A stretch of 64,000 bases of DNA from the NCBI RefSeq assembly GCF_018977255.1, contig NW_024704743.1:65474001-65538000 (forward strand). Direction: 5' to 3'. A model generated the notes under the pieces. The model was not told the DNA's origin and searched no databases. It saw only the letters and a program-made list of their open reading frames with translations. Both the position numbers and the translations under genes were made by a program. How positions within the stretch are numbered: position 1 is the first letter of the stretch; each line of letters starts with the position of its first letter. This document shows, piece after piece, positions 51,578 to 64,000 of the stretch. This DNA is from Callorhinchus milii. Taxonomy: Eukaryota.

Positions 51578-51634
51578 CCAGCTGTACCCGTTACAGCTTC
51601 CCTTGCAACCAAAGCATCCAATATAGAATATAGA
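51578..51634 (-). mobile_element. Candidate 57-bp non-autonomous Helitron
   Basis: Minus strand reads A|TCTATATTCTATATTGGATGCTTTG-GTTGCA-AGGGAAGC-TGTAAC-GGGTACAG-CTGG|T: 5' TC, subterminal hairpin, 3' CTRR, and insertion between A and T. Confidence 0.5.
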
Positions 51635-54502
51635 TTGACACACAGATAGACACACTTATCCTTGAAAGGTTTGATTTTCACTTAGGCTTCTTTATAATTA
51701 TAAATGTATAATTTGTAATCACTGGGATGTCCTCCCAATGTGAAAGGTGCTTTAAAAGTGTAATTTTGTTGTTGTTGCTGCAGCTTAGCTTCTGTGTGTT
51801 CTTTATGTTGTTCCCGCCGCCTTTTGGCTACGTGCGTGCTCTGTGACTCAGGATGCCACAGCGCCACAGTCATCCAGAGTGGGTAACTACACGATGCCTC
51901 AGCGACCACCAGTTGTAACTGCAGCAAAAAACACAAAACTGAAATACATTGTAGGTCATAACTCATGAACAATATGAGATACCTGAAAACAAATATGCCC
52001 ATGTCACTCTCGGTTGCAAGACATTTCCAATGAGGTATAAATCATGCCTCTATGTCAATCGGTTAATGAGATCCTTCTTGAAGCGCACACAGCCAGACAT
52101 TGTCGTTTCATTAGTATAGATTTATTAGTATAGATGACTGTGAGGAAATTAGTTGCTGTGTTCACCCAAAAAAAGTAGTCACTACACTTGATAATAAAAT
52201 TAAACATTTCGACATCGAGGAATTGTATCAAATGCAAGGATTATTTTTTTGTTGGCGCTCTAGCCAATTTGTATTTTGCATGATGTCCAATTATGGGCAT
52301 TGTTAGCTTCTCTGCAATGGGGCAGTTAATACAGATAATGATCTCTGCTGTATATGATACATTTAGTTTTATGTTTTCATTTGAAACACAAGTTGGTAAT
52401 TGAATTTCTTCACTGTTTATTTGAAAGTAGTGAGCAGATGTTGGTGGTATGAGGGTAATCGGCTTAATGTAAAGTAAGTGGTTGCAGTGCTAACAGTCTC
52501 ATTGCACAGGCACCAAAAATGCATCCCCTGTAGTGAGGATGAAAATGTCAAACATTTTGGAGCGCACATGACAAATTGAACTCCTTTAAATATTCAAGCT
52601 GTAACTGAGCTGTCTCACTTTTCCAGCCATTTCATTTCTGGCTTTACTCCAGAAAGAGAGCCCTTGAAGGCTTGTACTGTAAATACTTTCTCACAGTTTA
52701 ATTTCCAAGGGTTTCTTAAGGTGGAAAGATATCTTTGCTGTTACTTTGCATGTGGCAAATTTGAGTTTTCTGTTTGTTTGGAGAACACACTGGATTCAGT
52801 GTGCAGGGCTGCAGGTTTGTTTTACTTGGCTGATCAGCTGAAAAAAGGTTCCATAGAAAATCCAAGAGTAATACTTCTTTCAGTTTATTTACACTTCTCT
52901 CCAGGTTTATCAATGACTTTTATCTTTCCTGAAAAAGAAAGTGTTAAGCTTGCAGGAGATAAATGTAACCTTTTCAGAGAATATTTCCATCAAATACCTT
53001 ACCATTATTTCTTAGCTGATTTCCACCTTAAGGTTGAAAATGTGTTTGAAAAAGAGGTCTAGACATCTATGAAAAGTACAGACTGCAGCTGTATATCCGA
53101 AAGGCTCAACTGTGGTAAACTTAAGCTCTGCTGCAGACATGGGCTCACTGCTTCTTTCCCAGATTCTGAAGAGCAGCTTCAATATGCCAGTCACACATCA
53201 GTTGTTACTCATCCACTGCACCGGTTTGTATTCCACTTTTCTGCAACAAATCTGAGAGCAGAGTTATCGGGATATTTATATTTAGGTTTAATATCTTTGC
53301 TGCATTTTATGAGGTTAAGATAATGTTTGTCAGAGACAACTTGTGCTTATCCTCTTGTGAATTAATGTTTGTGTTCAGTACAATGTCTCTGAAATTCATA
53401 GAATGTAGGTGAGCTCTGTAGAGGTGATTTTGTTTCAACTCTATAAAAATTAATAGAAAGCTGCATTCTTTGTATTCTCAGACATGTTCCTGCCAGGGAC
53501 TGAACTATCTCAGATGAGATGGCTTTTGTGTGTAACAGAAGCCTTTTGTATAGTGTTTGTCTAGCATTTCTTATGGCATATTAGCTCGTGGGATACTGGA
53601 AGAACCAAAATGCTAATTTTCTCTCTCCCTGCCCTTCCACCCTGTGGTATTTCGCGAGGCAGAAGTTTCAGATGCTGACTCTGGATCACAGTTGGAAAAA
53701 GGATTTGCTGAGATAATTTATATGTTTCATAACTGTATGTACTGAAACTAAACATTTAATCAGAGCTAGTAATGTACAAATTACGTTTCTGCAGATAGTC
53801 AACACTCACTGTGGGTGAGGAGCTGACGTTTTCAAAATCAGCAGTGTTTATTGTGAAATAAAAGCTTTGCACTGATGGGGAGAAATTCTACCTGAATCTA
53901 GATTTACTTTATTTATGCAGTATCTTAGAGCATCCAGATTTGGGCAAATTCTTCAATTCAGACTTTATGTTGAAGCCAGGTTTTTGAAAGTTTATTTTAA
54001 GCTCTGCAACATCGAGATAGAATTCAACATTTTGCCTAATTCTGTATGCTCAAAAATGTTGTTAATAGTGTAAATCTAGACCCAGGTGGAATTTCTGTCC
54101 ATGAATGCTGTTTGTTTACTATTTTACTGTTGAGTGGCGCATATTAGGTTGAAAAAGCTAGTTGCGACGTAAACTATTTTGGCTTTTCACAACAGTAATA
54201 ACACAAGGCTTCTGAAACTATAGTACATCACAGAGGACCATCCTCATGCCATAAGGAGAGTTTGAGGATGGGAAGTAGAAGTTATTGAATTACCAGGACC
54301 ACTTCGGTAGATGTGGCCATTTCAGTTTCCCAGGGAGATTGTTCTTAAAACCTATGGTAAGATTTTCCTGGACAATTAACAAGAGGAGACCTTTTGGACA
54401 TCAAAATCTGACTGACATTAAATGACATGGGACAATAGAGGTAGCATATTATGTCAGAGATCTGAAATTTCTCATGGTCGTAGCCTTAAAACCATTGACT
54501 TA

Positions 54503-54681
54503 AATAATAATAATCCTTGCATTTGATATTGTGTCTTATGTTTTTGAGATGTCTCAAATCACTTCACAGAATATACTGTAAAGTGAATTGACAGTATATT
54601 TTGCAGGCGAAATGCAGGAATCGAACCCAGGTCCTTCGCTTGCGAGGTGCGTGCTCTAACCACTTAGCTATAGGACTCCAC
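54503..54681 (-). mobile_element. DeuSINE copy with the central core deleted
   Basis: The tail is joined directly to the tRNA head at gcaggcgaaatgcagg|aatcgaacccagg. Confidence 0.85.
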
Positions 54682-55089
54682 AATATTTAGACTGTGCAGA
54701 ATTTGAGGAGAAAATTAAATTGGATCTTAATTTGGAAGATGTTTTTACTGGTTTCCAAATAATCACTGAATTTTAAAGGTTTTGCAGAATTCTGCACAAT
54801 ATTATATTTCAAAAACATTTTTTTGACTCTATCAATATTGAAGACCAGAGGAGGAGCTAAGGAGCAAAAGGCCTTTACCCACAAAAATACTGTTGGTTTG
54901 GAGTCATCCATATGTTTGCAGCTGATAAAATACCTGAATGTTTGGAAAGCCTGCCTTTGTATTGGTGTCCATTCTGGTTGATTAAAGTGTTAGTTTTGAA
55001 TTTGTACATTTGGGTATGCTTTTTCCCCTAAAATGACAGTATGTCTGTCCAATTTTGTATTCTTCAAATTTTTCTCTCCATTGGCATAT

Positions 55090-55370
55090 GATCCTGGTCA
55101 CCACAGTCACACACTGGGGTGGCTGCCCTCTGGTATCTTACCCAAGTGGGCAGTGTTCATGTGTGAGCCTTGGCAATGAGTGTTGGCAGATCACTCAACT
55201 ATGGAGGCTGTTACAATTGAGCCGACCACTCCAAGCTGCCACACATACACACACTACTAGCCGAGAGTACTGTGAGGTCCCTCACTGTTTCCCTCTCCTA
55301 ACCTTGGGAAAGCCAGGGCCAATCTAGCAGCCATGGCTGAGACCAGCAAATTAAGCACAGATCTGACATT
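55090..55370 (-). mobile_element. Copy of the third SINE-like family
   Basis: cccaagtgggcagtgttcatgtgtgagcc..gagtgttggcag..ggctgagaccagc..agcacaga. Confidence 0.6.
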
Positions 55371-56177
55371 TTCAGAATGAACCTTGTTCATTGTGAAATA
55401 AAAGTGGATTTGAACCAGTGAGCGCCTATCTGCTACTCTATCGGAGGCACGTTGATATCTTCATCTGATGAGCATCAACCACTGAGATGTGAAAAATGAC
55501 CTTGATTCTTGGCAGATGATGGACAAGACAGATTAATTCTATTCCAGTGTTTATATGGACATTAAGGATGTGGCTTCTGGAAGTGCTGAACTCAAATTCA
55601 GAAGAGAGACCCAACCTTGTGCTGTACTTCATAGATCATATACATCCTAATGACCTCCTGTGTTGTTTGGGCAGTTCACATCATCAACTAACTTATCCTA
55701 TGGCCATTGTGGAAAGACAAAGTGGTCATGTAAGAAGTAAAAACAAGCATTTACACCATTAGCAGATAAACAACAGGAGCATGGGGCTTTTGCAATGAAA
55801 TTCTATGCAAAGTGATAATTTACACATTCACAGACTTTATTGAGTGGCCTGGAGATAATGATTTATAGCATTTGAAAGCAAGAGTATAATTTGCGCAGTT
55901 TGTAAGCAACCCACATTTTAAGATGAATCCCTGGGAAAATTGAGGATAATAATCAGAAAGCAGCATTAAATTGACTCTCAACTTTACAACCATATGTTAT
56001 AGTTTTCAAACTGTTTCACTAGGACTGAACTACATAGACAGACTGTGTGGAATGTTTGATTTGAGCAAAGCCATGGATTATCAATTAACCCACGAATTGT
56101 TAATTTTTTTTTGGTTGGAACTATTATAGCACAATGTGGTTTGTGTTAAAAAACATTGATGTGAGATTATTCATTAG

Positions 56178-56582
56178 TGTGTCAGCGGGGTCAGTTGGTA
56201 GCACACTTCCTTTTGAATCAGAAGGTTGTGTGTTCAAACCCCACTTCAGGGCTTTCGTAGTCTTAAGTTGACACTCCAGGGGCTTTGCGTGTGCTGCTCT
56301 GTTGGAGATGACATCCTTCCGCTGAAACTTTAAACCAAGACCCTGTCTGCCTTTTCTGGTCGATGTTAGATATCCTATGGCACTATTGGAAAAGAGAAGG
56401 GAGTTTCTCCCGGTGTACTCCCCAGATAAAACTGGTCATTCTTGTCAGGACTGTTTGTAGGACATTGCTGTGTGTAAATAGGCTACTGTGTTTGCCTACA
56501 TAATACACAATAAATGTTAGGAAAGTGTTTGAGATGTTCTTCCGACATAAAAGGTGATATATCAAATGCAAGGATTATTAAG
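56178..56582 (+). mobile_element. Older long DeuSINE
   Basis: Head gtcagttggtagcacac..tcagaaggttgtg, body and tail. Confidence 0.8.
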
Positions 56583-57654
56583 GATTAATATAATGTCAAG
56601 ACAGGACCTGCAGTGAGCTGAGTTGAATCCAAATCATCTACATTTAGTTCAAAAGCGTTGTGAAGCAGCTTGTTTGGTGGTCTTGCCTGCAGTCTGTTCA
56701 TGATCTGTCTCTAATTTGATTCTTTGTTTGAACGAGAACTTGCCTTTCCAAAAATATGTTTCAGTCTTATTTTCCTAGCAGAAACTGTACTGCCTAAACC
56801 TATCAGGAAATTCCCTCTTATTTGTCCTTAGCTGAGGAAGGAGCGATGTTTAATTTGGGACAGTTTATTATTTTTGTTTCCACAAATTGTCTTTAATTCA
56901 TGTCTCCCATAACCAAGTTGATTTTTTCATGTCATAAAGACTAGACTGAGTACTTGTTAGCCTTTTCCATTCCTTTATCTGCAACGAGGTGCAACCAGAA
57001 TGGAGTCACTAATAAATCAATTACTTTCCAGTCTTAACCAAGATTTACAAATTCCCTTCACCCCTTCATAATAAATCTTGGCACTTGGGGGAAGGGTGGG
57101 GGAAACATTGATTTGCTTACCCTAACCTTTCCATCTCATTCCCAACCCAAAAGACATCTCCAAGACTTTATTCTATGTGAAGGGCCAATATAAATGCAAG
57201 TTGTGGTTTTAGAATATCTTTGTGGTGGCATATTCAGTGTATGCAGTGTGGCTTATTGGGAAGCTCTAGGAATTTAAAGGTTTAGGTACAAATTCAGACA
57301 TGTGGCTTTTCTGCAAGATCCACAAATAAAGTAAACTAATGAAAATCCTCGCATTTGATTTGGTGCAAATGAGGTCAAAAAGTGCTGCACAGTTAATTGA
57401 CGTCAAGTGTAGTGACTATGTATTAGTAGGCAAAGTATAGTTTTAAATGATGCGATTCTTGGTTGAATTGCTTCTTTGAAGTTGGTTGAAGTGATTTTAA
57501 GAATAAATATTTTATTTTAAAGTTACCAAAAATGTCAAAATAATATCCACAATAGAAACCCAGGTGTTAAGTTTAATAAAACGTTATAGTTTTAATTAAA
57601 ACAAAGTTCTGATGAAAAATTGCCCTTGATTTTTGCAAACAAAAAATATATCAC

Positions 57655-57890
57655 TTTACATTTATATAGCGCCCTTCATGTAGAGTACCGTCTTTGAGCA
57701 CTTTACTAAGATGGCACTGGATACCGAGTTGAGGGGTGGGGGAGGAGGGAGATGACTTTGGGCACGGACAAACAGGTAGGTTTGGGCCAACAGAGAGGTA
57801 GCAAAACTGAGGTGGTAAGGGAGGTGGTTAAAGAGGGTAGGGAACAATGACTAAAGGCTTAACTATGTTGACTGGGGAAGGGTGGGGAAT
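57655..57890 (-). mobile_element. Old L2 3'-end fragment
   Basis: atttatatagcgcccttcatg tail followed by a purine-rich L2-like body. Confidence 0.6.
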
Positions 57891-57944
57891 ATTCAGCAGA
57901 CCTGCATTTGCCGAGTGAAGTAGGTGAGCAGAAGAGGAGAAGAT

Positions 57945-58282
57945 CACTCTTCTGGTCCCTCGGCTACTTCATGTCTCCTGCCCTACTCACCCCACCGTTG
58001 GTGGTTGGTCTTTCAGCCTATCTCTGGAACCCCATTCTCTGGAACTCCATTCCGGGCTCTCTCCGACTCGCCCCCTCCCTCAGCTCCTCACCTCAGTCAG
58101 TCAGGGTCCGTCTCAAGACCTTCTTTTTCGACCACACCTTTGGTCATCTTTCCTCCACCCACCCCCACCATGGCTTGCACTCTCAGCTTGGGTGCCAAGC
58201 CAGGACTGTCAAGTGCACTGGAATGTCATTGCACTGTCAAGTGCATTGACATGAAAAACACTATATAAATGAAAATTTGTGT
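57945..58282 (+). mobile_element. L2 3'-end fragment
   Basis: LWNSIPGSLRLAPSL..LKTFFFDHTF, the L2 ORF2 C-terminus, then the tail. Confidence 0.8.
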
Positions 58283-58689
58283 TATAAGATCACAGAAGTA
58301 AGGAGGTGTGAAGGGATTTGTGAAGGTGACGATCTTGGGTAATATTGTAATTCTGCACTACTACTAAGAACATTGTTATATACAATGAAAACAATAACAT
58401 TAAATGTCATTTGGAGCTGTTATTGTAATGAATTTAGGCAGAGTACATCCCTCAATGCTTGTCACTATCAAAATTTCACATTATTCCTTTCAATAAGGTG
58501 AACTACCACTACTTTTGTTTTACAAAGCTCAGAGCAGTTTACAGAAGAAATGAAGCTTAATAGTAGAAATAGGAATGTAGTTCACTTAATAATCAAAGCA
58601 TATTTAAAATTCCAACACTCCTAAGGGAATCAGATATAATAATCAGTGGGCTTTTAATTTTGTTTTAAATGTTGCAATCTAATTTTAAT

Positions 58690-58840
58690 TGAAGGGAGTT
58701 TCTCCAGGTGTCGTGGCCAACAAACCCGCAAATAAAATTGTTCATTTGCTTCATGGCTGTTTATGGAACATTGTTGTGCACAATTTGGCTGCTGGAATCG
58801 CTCAAGAAATGCAGTCACTACATTTTATAGTATATCCTGT
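58690..58840 (+). mobile_element. Older DeuSINE fragment ending in a fold-back
   Basis: agggagtttctccaggtgtcgtggcc...ttgtgcacaatttggctgc core. Confidence 0.65.
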
Positions 58841-60240
58841 GGGATATACTGTAAAATATACTGACTGTATTTTGATAAAATAAATTTTGTATTTTGGTCA
58901 AATGTACTGACTGTATTTTAATAAGATTTCTTTTTAAAAATTGATGAAAATTGAACTCGTAATGTGCCATTTTTTTGCACATTTTATGCTCTTTTCCCTT
59001 GAAATATTTTACAAAGATGCCAGATGGTAAAATGGTTATTTCTATCGAGGAAGGAATAACAACAGCCAGTCCTGCTTCTCAATTATTAACATTTTCTTTC
59101 ACCACTTTGACAATTTTATGACATTTGGGATTGTTTTGTTAAGCTCTACAATTAGAAATGATGGGGTGAAATGACGGTATTCATTTCCTGGCTCTGCAGA
59201 TGTATCCTGTCTCTGGTTTTCTTTATTTGGATTGCACAGAGTTAATATGGCATTACTCAGACAAGTTGCCATTAGCTAATTAAGATCTATTAACTAATAA
59301 GGTCTGGCTGTGCAACTCGCTCCGATTGGGTTCATTTTTTAAAACAAAGGCAGGCTTGTTGTTTTGAGATGTAGTGTGAACCAAATGTTTAATGCATTTC
59401 TCCAGTGGTTTGGATTGTGGTCAAGTATTTGACCCTCAGAGGTCCAAACAATTCAGCGATGGATACCAGAATCTATGGATATGGTGCCATGTGTCCTTTT
59501 GCGGTCAAAGTAACTGTGCATGATGTTATGGCCGGTGGAAAACCATCAAAATTGACTTTTTTTAACAAAAGAAGCAGTTCTTATTTAAGTGGATAGATAT
59601 CTACTGTTGATTAATTCTTCTTCTCAATTGATCTTGTAGTAAATCCTAATTGTTAATTTTTATTATAGTTCTCATGATTTTCCTGAACGGTTTAAGTTTC
59701 TCCGGGAACGTTTCATTTTATAATTGGCCTTCACTTGTCAGACAGTTGATTTCTTTTGATGTTGGGATTGCTGGAACCAATCTAAATGTCAAGGTCCTGG
59801 AATTCTTGTGTGCAAGGATCACTAAAGGCTCTCCGGATCATATTTATTGTGGTACTACAGAACGTTCTGCAAATCTGGCTTGTTTCGTTTTACAATGAGG
59901 TTTTGACTGTGTATATGTATTACTCATTATCCGATGCTTTTGTACGATTGCCCAAAGGCTTCTGTGATTGTTCAGCATTTCTGCTTTCAGATGGGTTCAT
60001 TCTGGTCAAGCATAATCTATAATCAAATTCTAATTGTGTAATCCATGCTGAATTTAAAGTTTGTTGGTGTCAATTATTATTTTTCAGTAGAAACAAGTTC
60101 ACCAGAATAGGTAATGATTCACAACATGAATGAGAAGGTTTTTTTGCCCAGGTGACAATAACACTTGTCATTATTGCCTTTGCAGTATCCTACTTCCTTA
60201 TTTTTGGATTTCATTGAATAGTTTGTTTTGATGCATAGAG

Positions 60241-60652
60241 TTTCACCCACAAAATATACAGTCAATTCACTTTACAGCATATTCTGTGAAGCGCTTTGAG
60301 ATATCTCAAAGATGTGAAAAGTCCTATATCAAATGCAAACATTATTATTATAGAGTGGCATGGCACCGAAATAAGTCATTCGGACCAACTAGTCCATGCC
60401 AGTGTTTATACTCCACACGTACCCACTCCTCCTATTTCCCTCACTTATACTCATCAATTCACTTTACCCTCATGAATGCATCAAGTTTTATAATAATAAT
60501 AATCCTTGCATTTGATATAGCGCCTCATCACGTCTTTGAGATATACTTCAGAATATACTGTAAAGTGAAGTCACTGTATATTTTGTGGGTGGTACGTGGC
60601 AGCCAATTGCGCACAGCAGTATCCCACAAACAGTCGTGGATTGAGTGACCAC
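60241..60652. mobile_element. Tail-to-tail inverted SINE fragments separated by a short CR1-like piece
   Basis: + tail at 60241-60351, CR1 3'UTR-like piece on - at ~60352-60485, and - tail plus core at 60490-60652. Confidence 0.8.
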
Positions 60653-60849
60653 ATTTTTTTTTCTTTTAAATATATTGTGTGTGAGCTTGGTTGGTCATTG
60701 AATGATGTTAGCTTTTCTTGTTCCACCCTTTGAGGAGATCTAGTTTATTTATGACATCTGGTTTATCTATGGTCTGAAAGCACTGTGAGATGCTGCCCCG
60801 GGTGAAGGGTGCTATAAAAATGCACACTGTTATTATTGTTAAAAGCATT

Positions 60850-61000
60850 CTAAAGCCATATTTCAAGGCACGCCTCAAAACTCTCCTCTTCGAAGGCCAC
60901 CCCCGCCTCCAGCTCAGGTCCTAATCCCTAACTGTTCAGCGCCTTGGGACGTACTCCTGACGTGAAAGGTGCTTTACAAATGTAATTTTGTATTGTATTG
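60850..61000 (+). mobile_element. L2 3'-end fragment
   Basis: ttcaaggcacgcctcaaaactctcctcttcga..agcgccttgggacg..gtgaaaggtgct, similar to the 3' end of the 37628 element. Confidence 0.7.
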
Positions 61001-61871
61001 TATTTTACCCGTAAAGAAGAATCATCACTGTTTCAAGCACAAGAGATATTTAGGAGAGATGAAATGGGCTGAACAACTTCCTCATCCGAATCTTTCTCGT
61101 GATTGTAAACAATGTGATCATGATACTCAGACTTTGAGATACTGTACTTAGATCTGCCTGAATGTCAACAGTACACTGCATGCTAATCTGCAAACATTCT
61201 CAGCCTTGCAATTGAGACCTGTCTGAGACATTTTCGTTACAATTGGCATGAGGTTGTGTAGGATTTACATATTTCTCTGTTAATAGGCAAAAGAATGATT
61301 GAGTATCCAGTTAAATAAATTTTTTTTGTATTTAGGAATCTGCCCAGGATAAACTGATCCCAGCTGGTTAACTGGAACTCTCTGCTCGTGTGATAGGCAG
61401 CTGCTGAATCATCCCAATCCTGCTTGCAATCACAGACCATCTGGATGATTGAGGCGAGGAGAGGGAGGAAAGACAGCTGTAACAAGCCATCCATTGAATT
61501 CAATAGAGCCAAATGTTTTTCGAAAAGTCACTTTATAGAATTGATGTACTTGATCTTAATTTCCTGGTGAGTTTCTTTAGTATCGTCCCAAAGGTGAGGG
61601 ATGCCGCCCTGGTGAATGCAGATCTTTTTGTTTTTGTGCCTAATAAATTCTCACCCCTCTCCCCTGCTCGGGGTCAAGCTCTGCCGCCACTGATAAGTGC
61701 TCCGAGACACTACCTTGTGTGAAGGGTACTATATAATATGTACTATAAGAACAATCTTGTTATAGCACATATCATAGACTAGATACAAACAGCAAAAGTT
61801 GAACTCTGGTCAGCGTGAGTGTTGATCTATCCATCTGAATGCATTGGAAACCATCTTGTTGATATTACAGC

Positions 61872-63065
61872 AACAACAACAACTTGGATGTATATAGCGC
61901 CCTCCACGCCGGACGGCGTCTCAGAGCGCTTTACAGTAACGGATCCCGGGACCGAGCCAGGGGGAGGGGGAGGAAGGTGACCAAAGGCGCGGTTGAAAAG
62001 AAAGGTCTTCAGCAGAGACCTGAGAATGGGAAGGGAGGGAATGAGACAAAGGGAGCGAGGAAGGCAGTTCCAGAGCCTCGGGGCATAGTGGCTGAAGGCA
62101 CGGCCGTCGAACGTGGAGCGGAGGACTTGGGGGACGAGGAGGAGGCCAGACCCGGAGGAATGAAGACAACGGGTACTGTTTTGAGGAGAGAGGAGTTCAG
62201 AGAGGTAGGGGGGTGCAGAGTAGTGCAGGGACTTGAATACGTGGGTGAGGATCTTGAAATCGATCCTCTCTGGGATAGGCAGCCAGTGCAGTCTGGCAAG
62301 GACTGGGGTGATCGGGGAGCGGAGTTTGGTGCGGGTAAGAATGCGGGCTGCAGAGTTTTGAATGATTTGGATTTTATGGATGGTAGTGGATGGGAGACCG
62401 GTGAGGAGGGCGTTAGGGTAGTCCAGCCGAGAGGTGACAAAGGCATGGACCAGGCTTTCAGCGGCTTTTGGGGAGAGGTATTGGCGGAGACGGGCGATGC
62501 GTCGGAGGTGGTAGAAGGCGGTGCTAGTGAGGGACCGGATGTGGGGGAGGAAGAATAATTGGGGGTCGAACCTGACGCCTAGGGTTCAGAGAGTTTTAGA
62601 TGGAGGAGGTCGGTTAGATGGAGGAGGTGAGAGCCATGAGACTTTAGTCGTTGACAAGAGCCAAAGAGTATGGCTTCCGTCTTGTCAACGTTCAAGTGAA
62701 GGAAGTTTGCGCTCATCCAGGCCCTGAAATCTGGCAGGCAGGCTGACAGAACATCACGGGACTGGGAGTCGCAAAGAGAGGTGGAAAAATAGAGTTGGGT
62801 GTCATCTGCATACATGTGGAAGTGTACCTCATATCTGCGGATGACATCCCCAAGAGGGAGCATGTAGATCAGAAAGAGGAGGGGGCCAAGGATGGATCCT
62901 TGGGATACCCCACAGGTGACCGGGTGAGAGCGGGAGGAGAAGCTGTTTGTGCAGATGTACTGCTGGCGGTTTGTGAGGTAGGATTCGAACCAGACGAGTG
63001 CGGTCCACTGAGGTGGATGACGGAGGAAAGGTGGTGGAGGAGGATGGTGTGATCGACTGTGTCAA
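61872..63065 (-). mobile_element. 5'-truncated, relatively young L2 LINE
   Basis: [22 protein letters not shown] and AWMSANFLHLNVDKTE; CpG-rich 3' end; (GTT)n tail. Confidence 0.93.
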
Positions 63066-63249
63066 TGATCATTTTTGTAGGACCAATAACATAACACAGT
63101 AATCTCATTGATATAATCCTAATACCTACTGCAAAATTTGGATTTCTGCTCAATTTGGATTATTTATTTAGTTTAACCTTCCCCCCTTGAGCCTTTTAAC
63201 AAATTGTACATTTTGGAATAGCTAAGATTACCTTTTTTTCACTCTGTCT

Positions 63250-63663
63250 GTGTCAGCCTGGCTCATTTGGTAGCCTCTGAGTCGCTTATGGGTTCAAGCC
63301 CAATATGAGGTCTTTGATCTCACATAATTTAGATTGACAGTGCAGTACTGGAGTAGTGCTGCATTATTCGAGGTCCTTGAGATAAGTATTGAATTGAGGA
63401 CCCCTCTGCCAGTTCAAGCGCATGTTAAAGATCCCATGGTACTATTCGAAACCAGAGAGAAGTTTTTTCTCGTGTCCTGTCCAATAATCCCCCCTCCCAA
63501 ATTGAATTAGTTATTCGCTTCTTGGCTTTTGTAAATACTGTTGTGGGCAAATTGGCTGTCGCATTCCCCTACAAATCACACAATCACTAGGATTTACAAT
63601 AAATCTTGTGAAGCGCTTTGAGGCATCATCTCAATGTACAAGGTGCTTTATCAAATGCAAGGA
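63250..63663 (+). mobile_element. Older long DeuSINE
   Basis: gtcagcctggctcatttggtagc head, aaagatcccatgg body, core and tail. Confidence 0.8.
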
Positions 63664-64000
63664 TCGGCTTTGATTCCATTTCTATTTTATCAAGAAACAG
63701 ACATCTATTAGGGAGATGAGCATGGACAAAACAGAAAGGTGAAGGTGTCAAGATAAAGAATTGAGAAGGAGAGGTTACATAATTGTTATGAAACCACAAA
63801 TCTGGATGGATAACAAATGGGAAGAAAGGAATATTTGTGAAACCAGACAAATAAGATTAACTCTGTGTTAACAATTTACACCAGCAAGTATTGTTGGCAA
63901 TGTGAACAACACACTCCGTTTTGTCATTGCCATTAATATGACATTCATAGTAGTAGTTAGAAATATTAAACTTGCTTTCCTGCCTCTCCCAACCACCCAA

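Noticed and set aside
47242..64000. Next tensin exon (carrying the last Cys of the C1 domain) and the PTP-domain exons
   Set aside because: Acceptor-like sites at ~48921, ~51420 and ~59405 gave no tensin-like peptide. The exon is probably beyond the window, though I may have missed a small exon.

Overview
This is eukaryotic, gene-poor, repeat-rich vertebrate DNA. The repeat families suggest a cartilaginous fish, probably a chimaera such as Callorhinchus milii (inferred from recalled repeat similarity, not from a search). The window is almost entirely intronic sequence from the 5' part of a + strand tensin gene, most likely TNS3. Two canonical GT-AG exons (42734-42848 and 47204-47241) splice in frame to give most of a C1 zinc finger (PEELASSSHTFKNKTFKKPKPCSICKQVISNSQGLSCR-VCKYACHKKCESK). 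I also infer a candidate non-coding first exon ending at 10503 and a candidate ATG-bearing exon at 11389-11463 (MQYYCMRSMSKEQ) about 31 kb upstream. The rest is transposable-element debris: a young tRNA-Ala-headed DeuSINE family, an older and longer DeuSINE family, a third old SINE-like family, L2 LINEs (one about 3 kb with nested SINEs), CR1 fragments and a ~0.8 kb compound (GT)n tract. Nearly all ORFs in the supplied track are spurious or TE-derived. I see no clearly novel multi-gene system. The best leads are the candidate 5' exons, a probable two-gene Harbinger fossil, two candidate mini-Helitrons, an 88-bp inverted duplication, and repeated fold-back hairpins at retroposon junctions.
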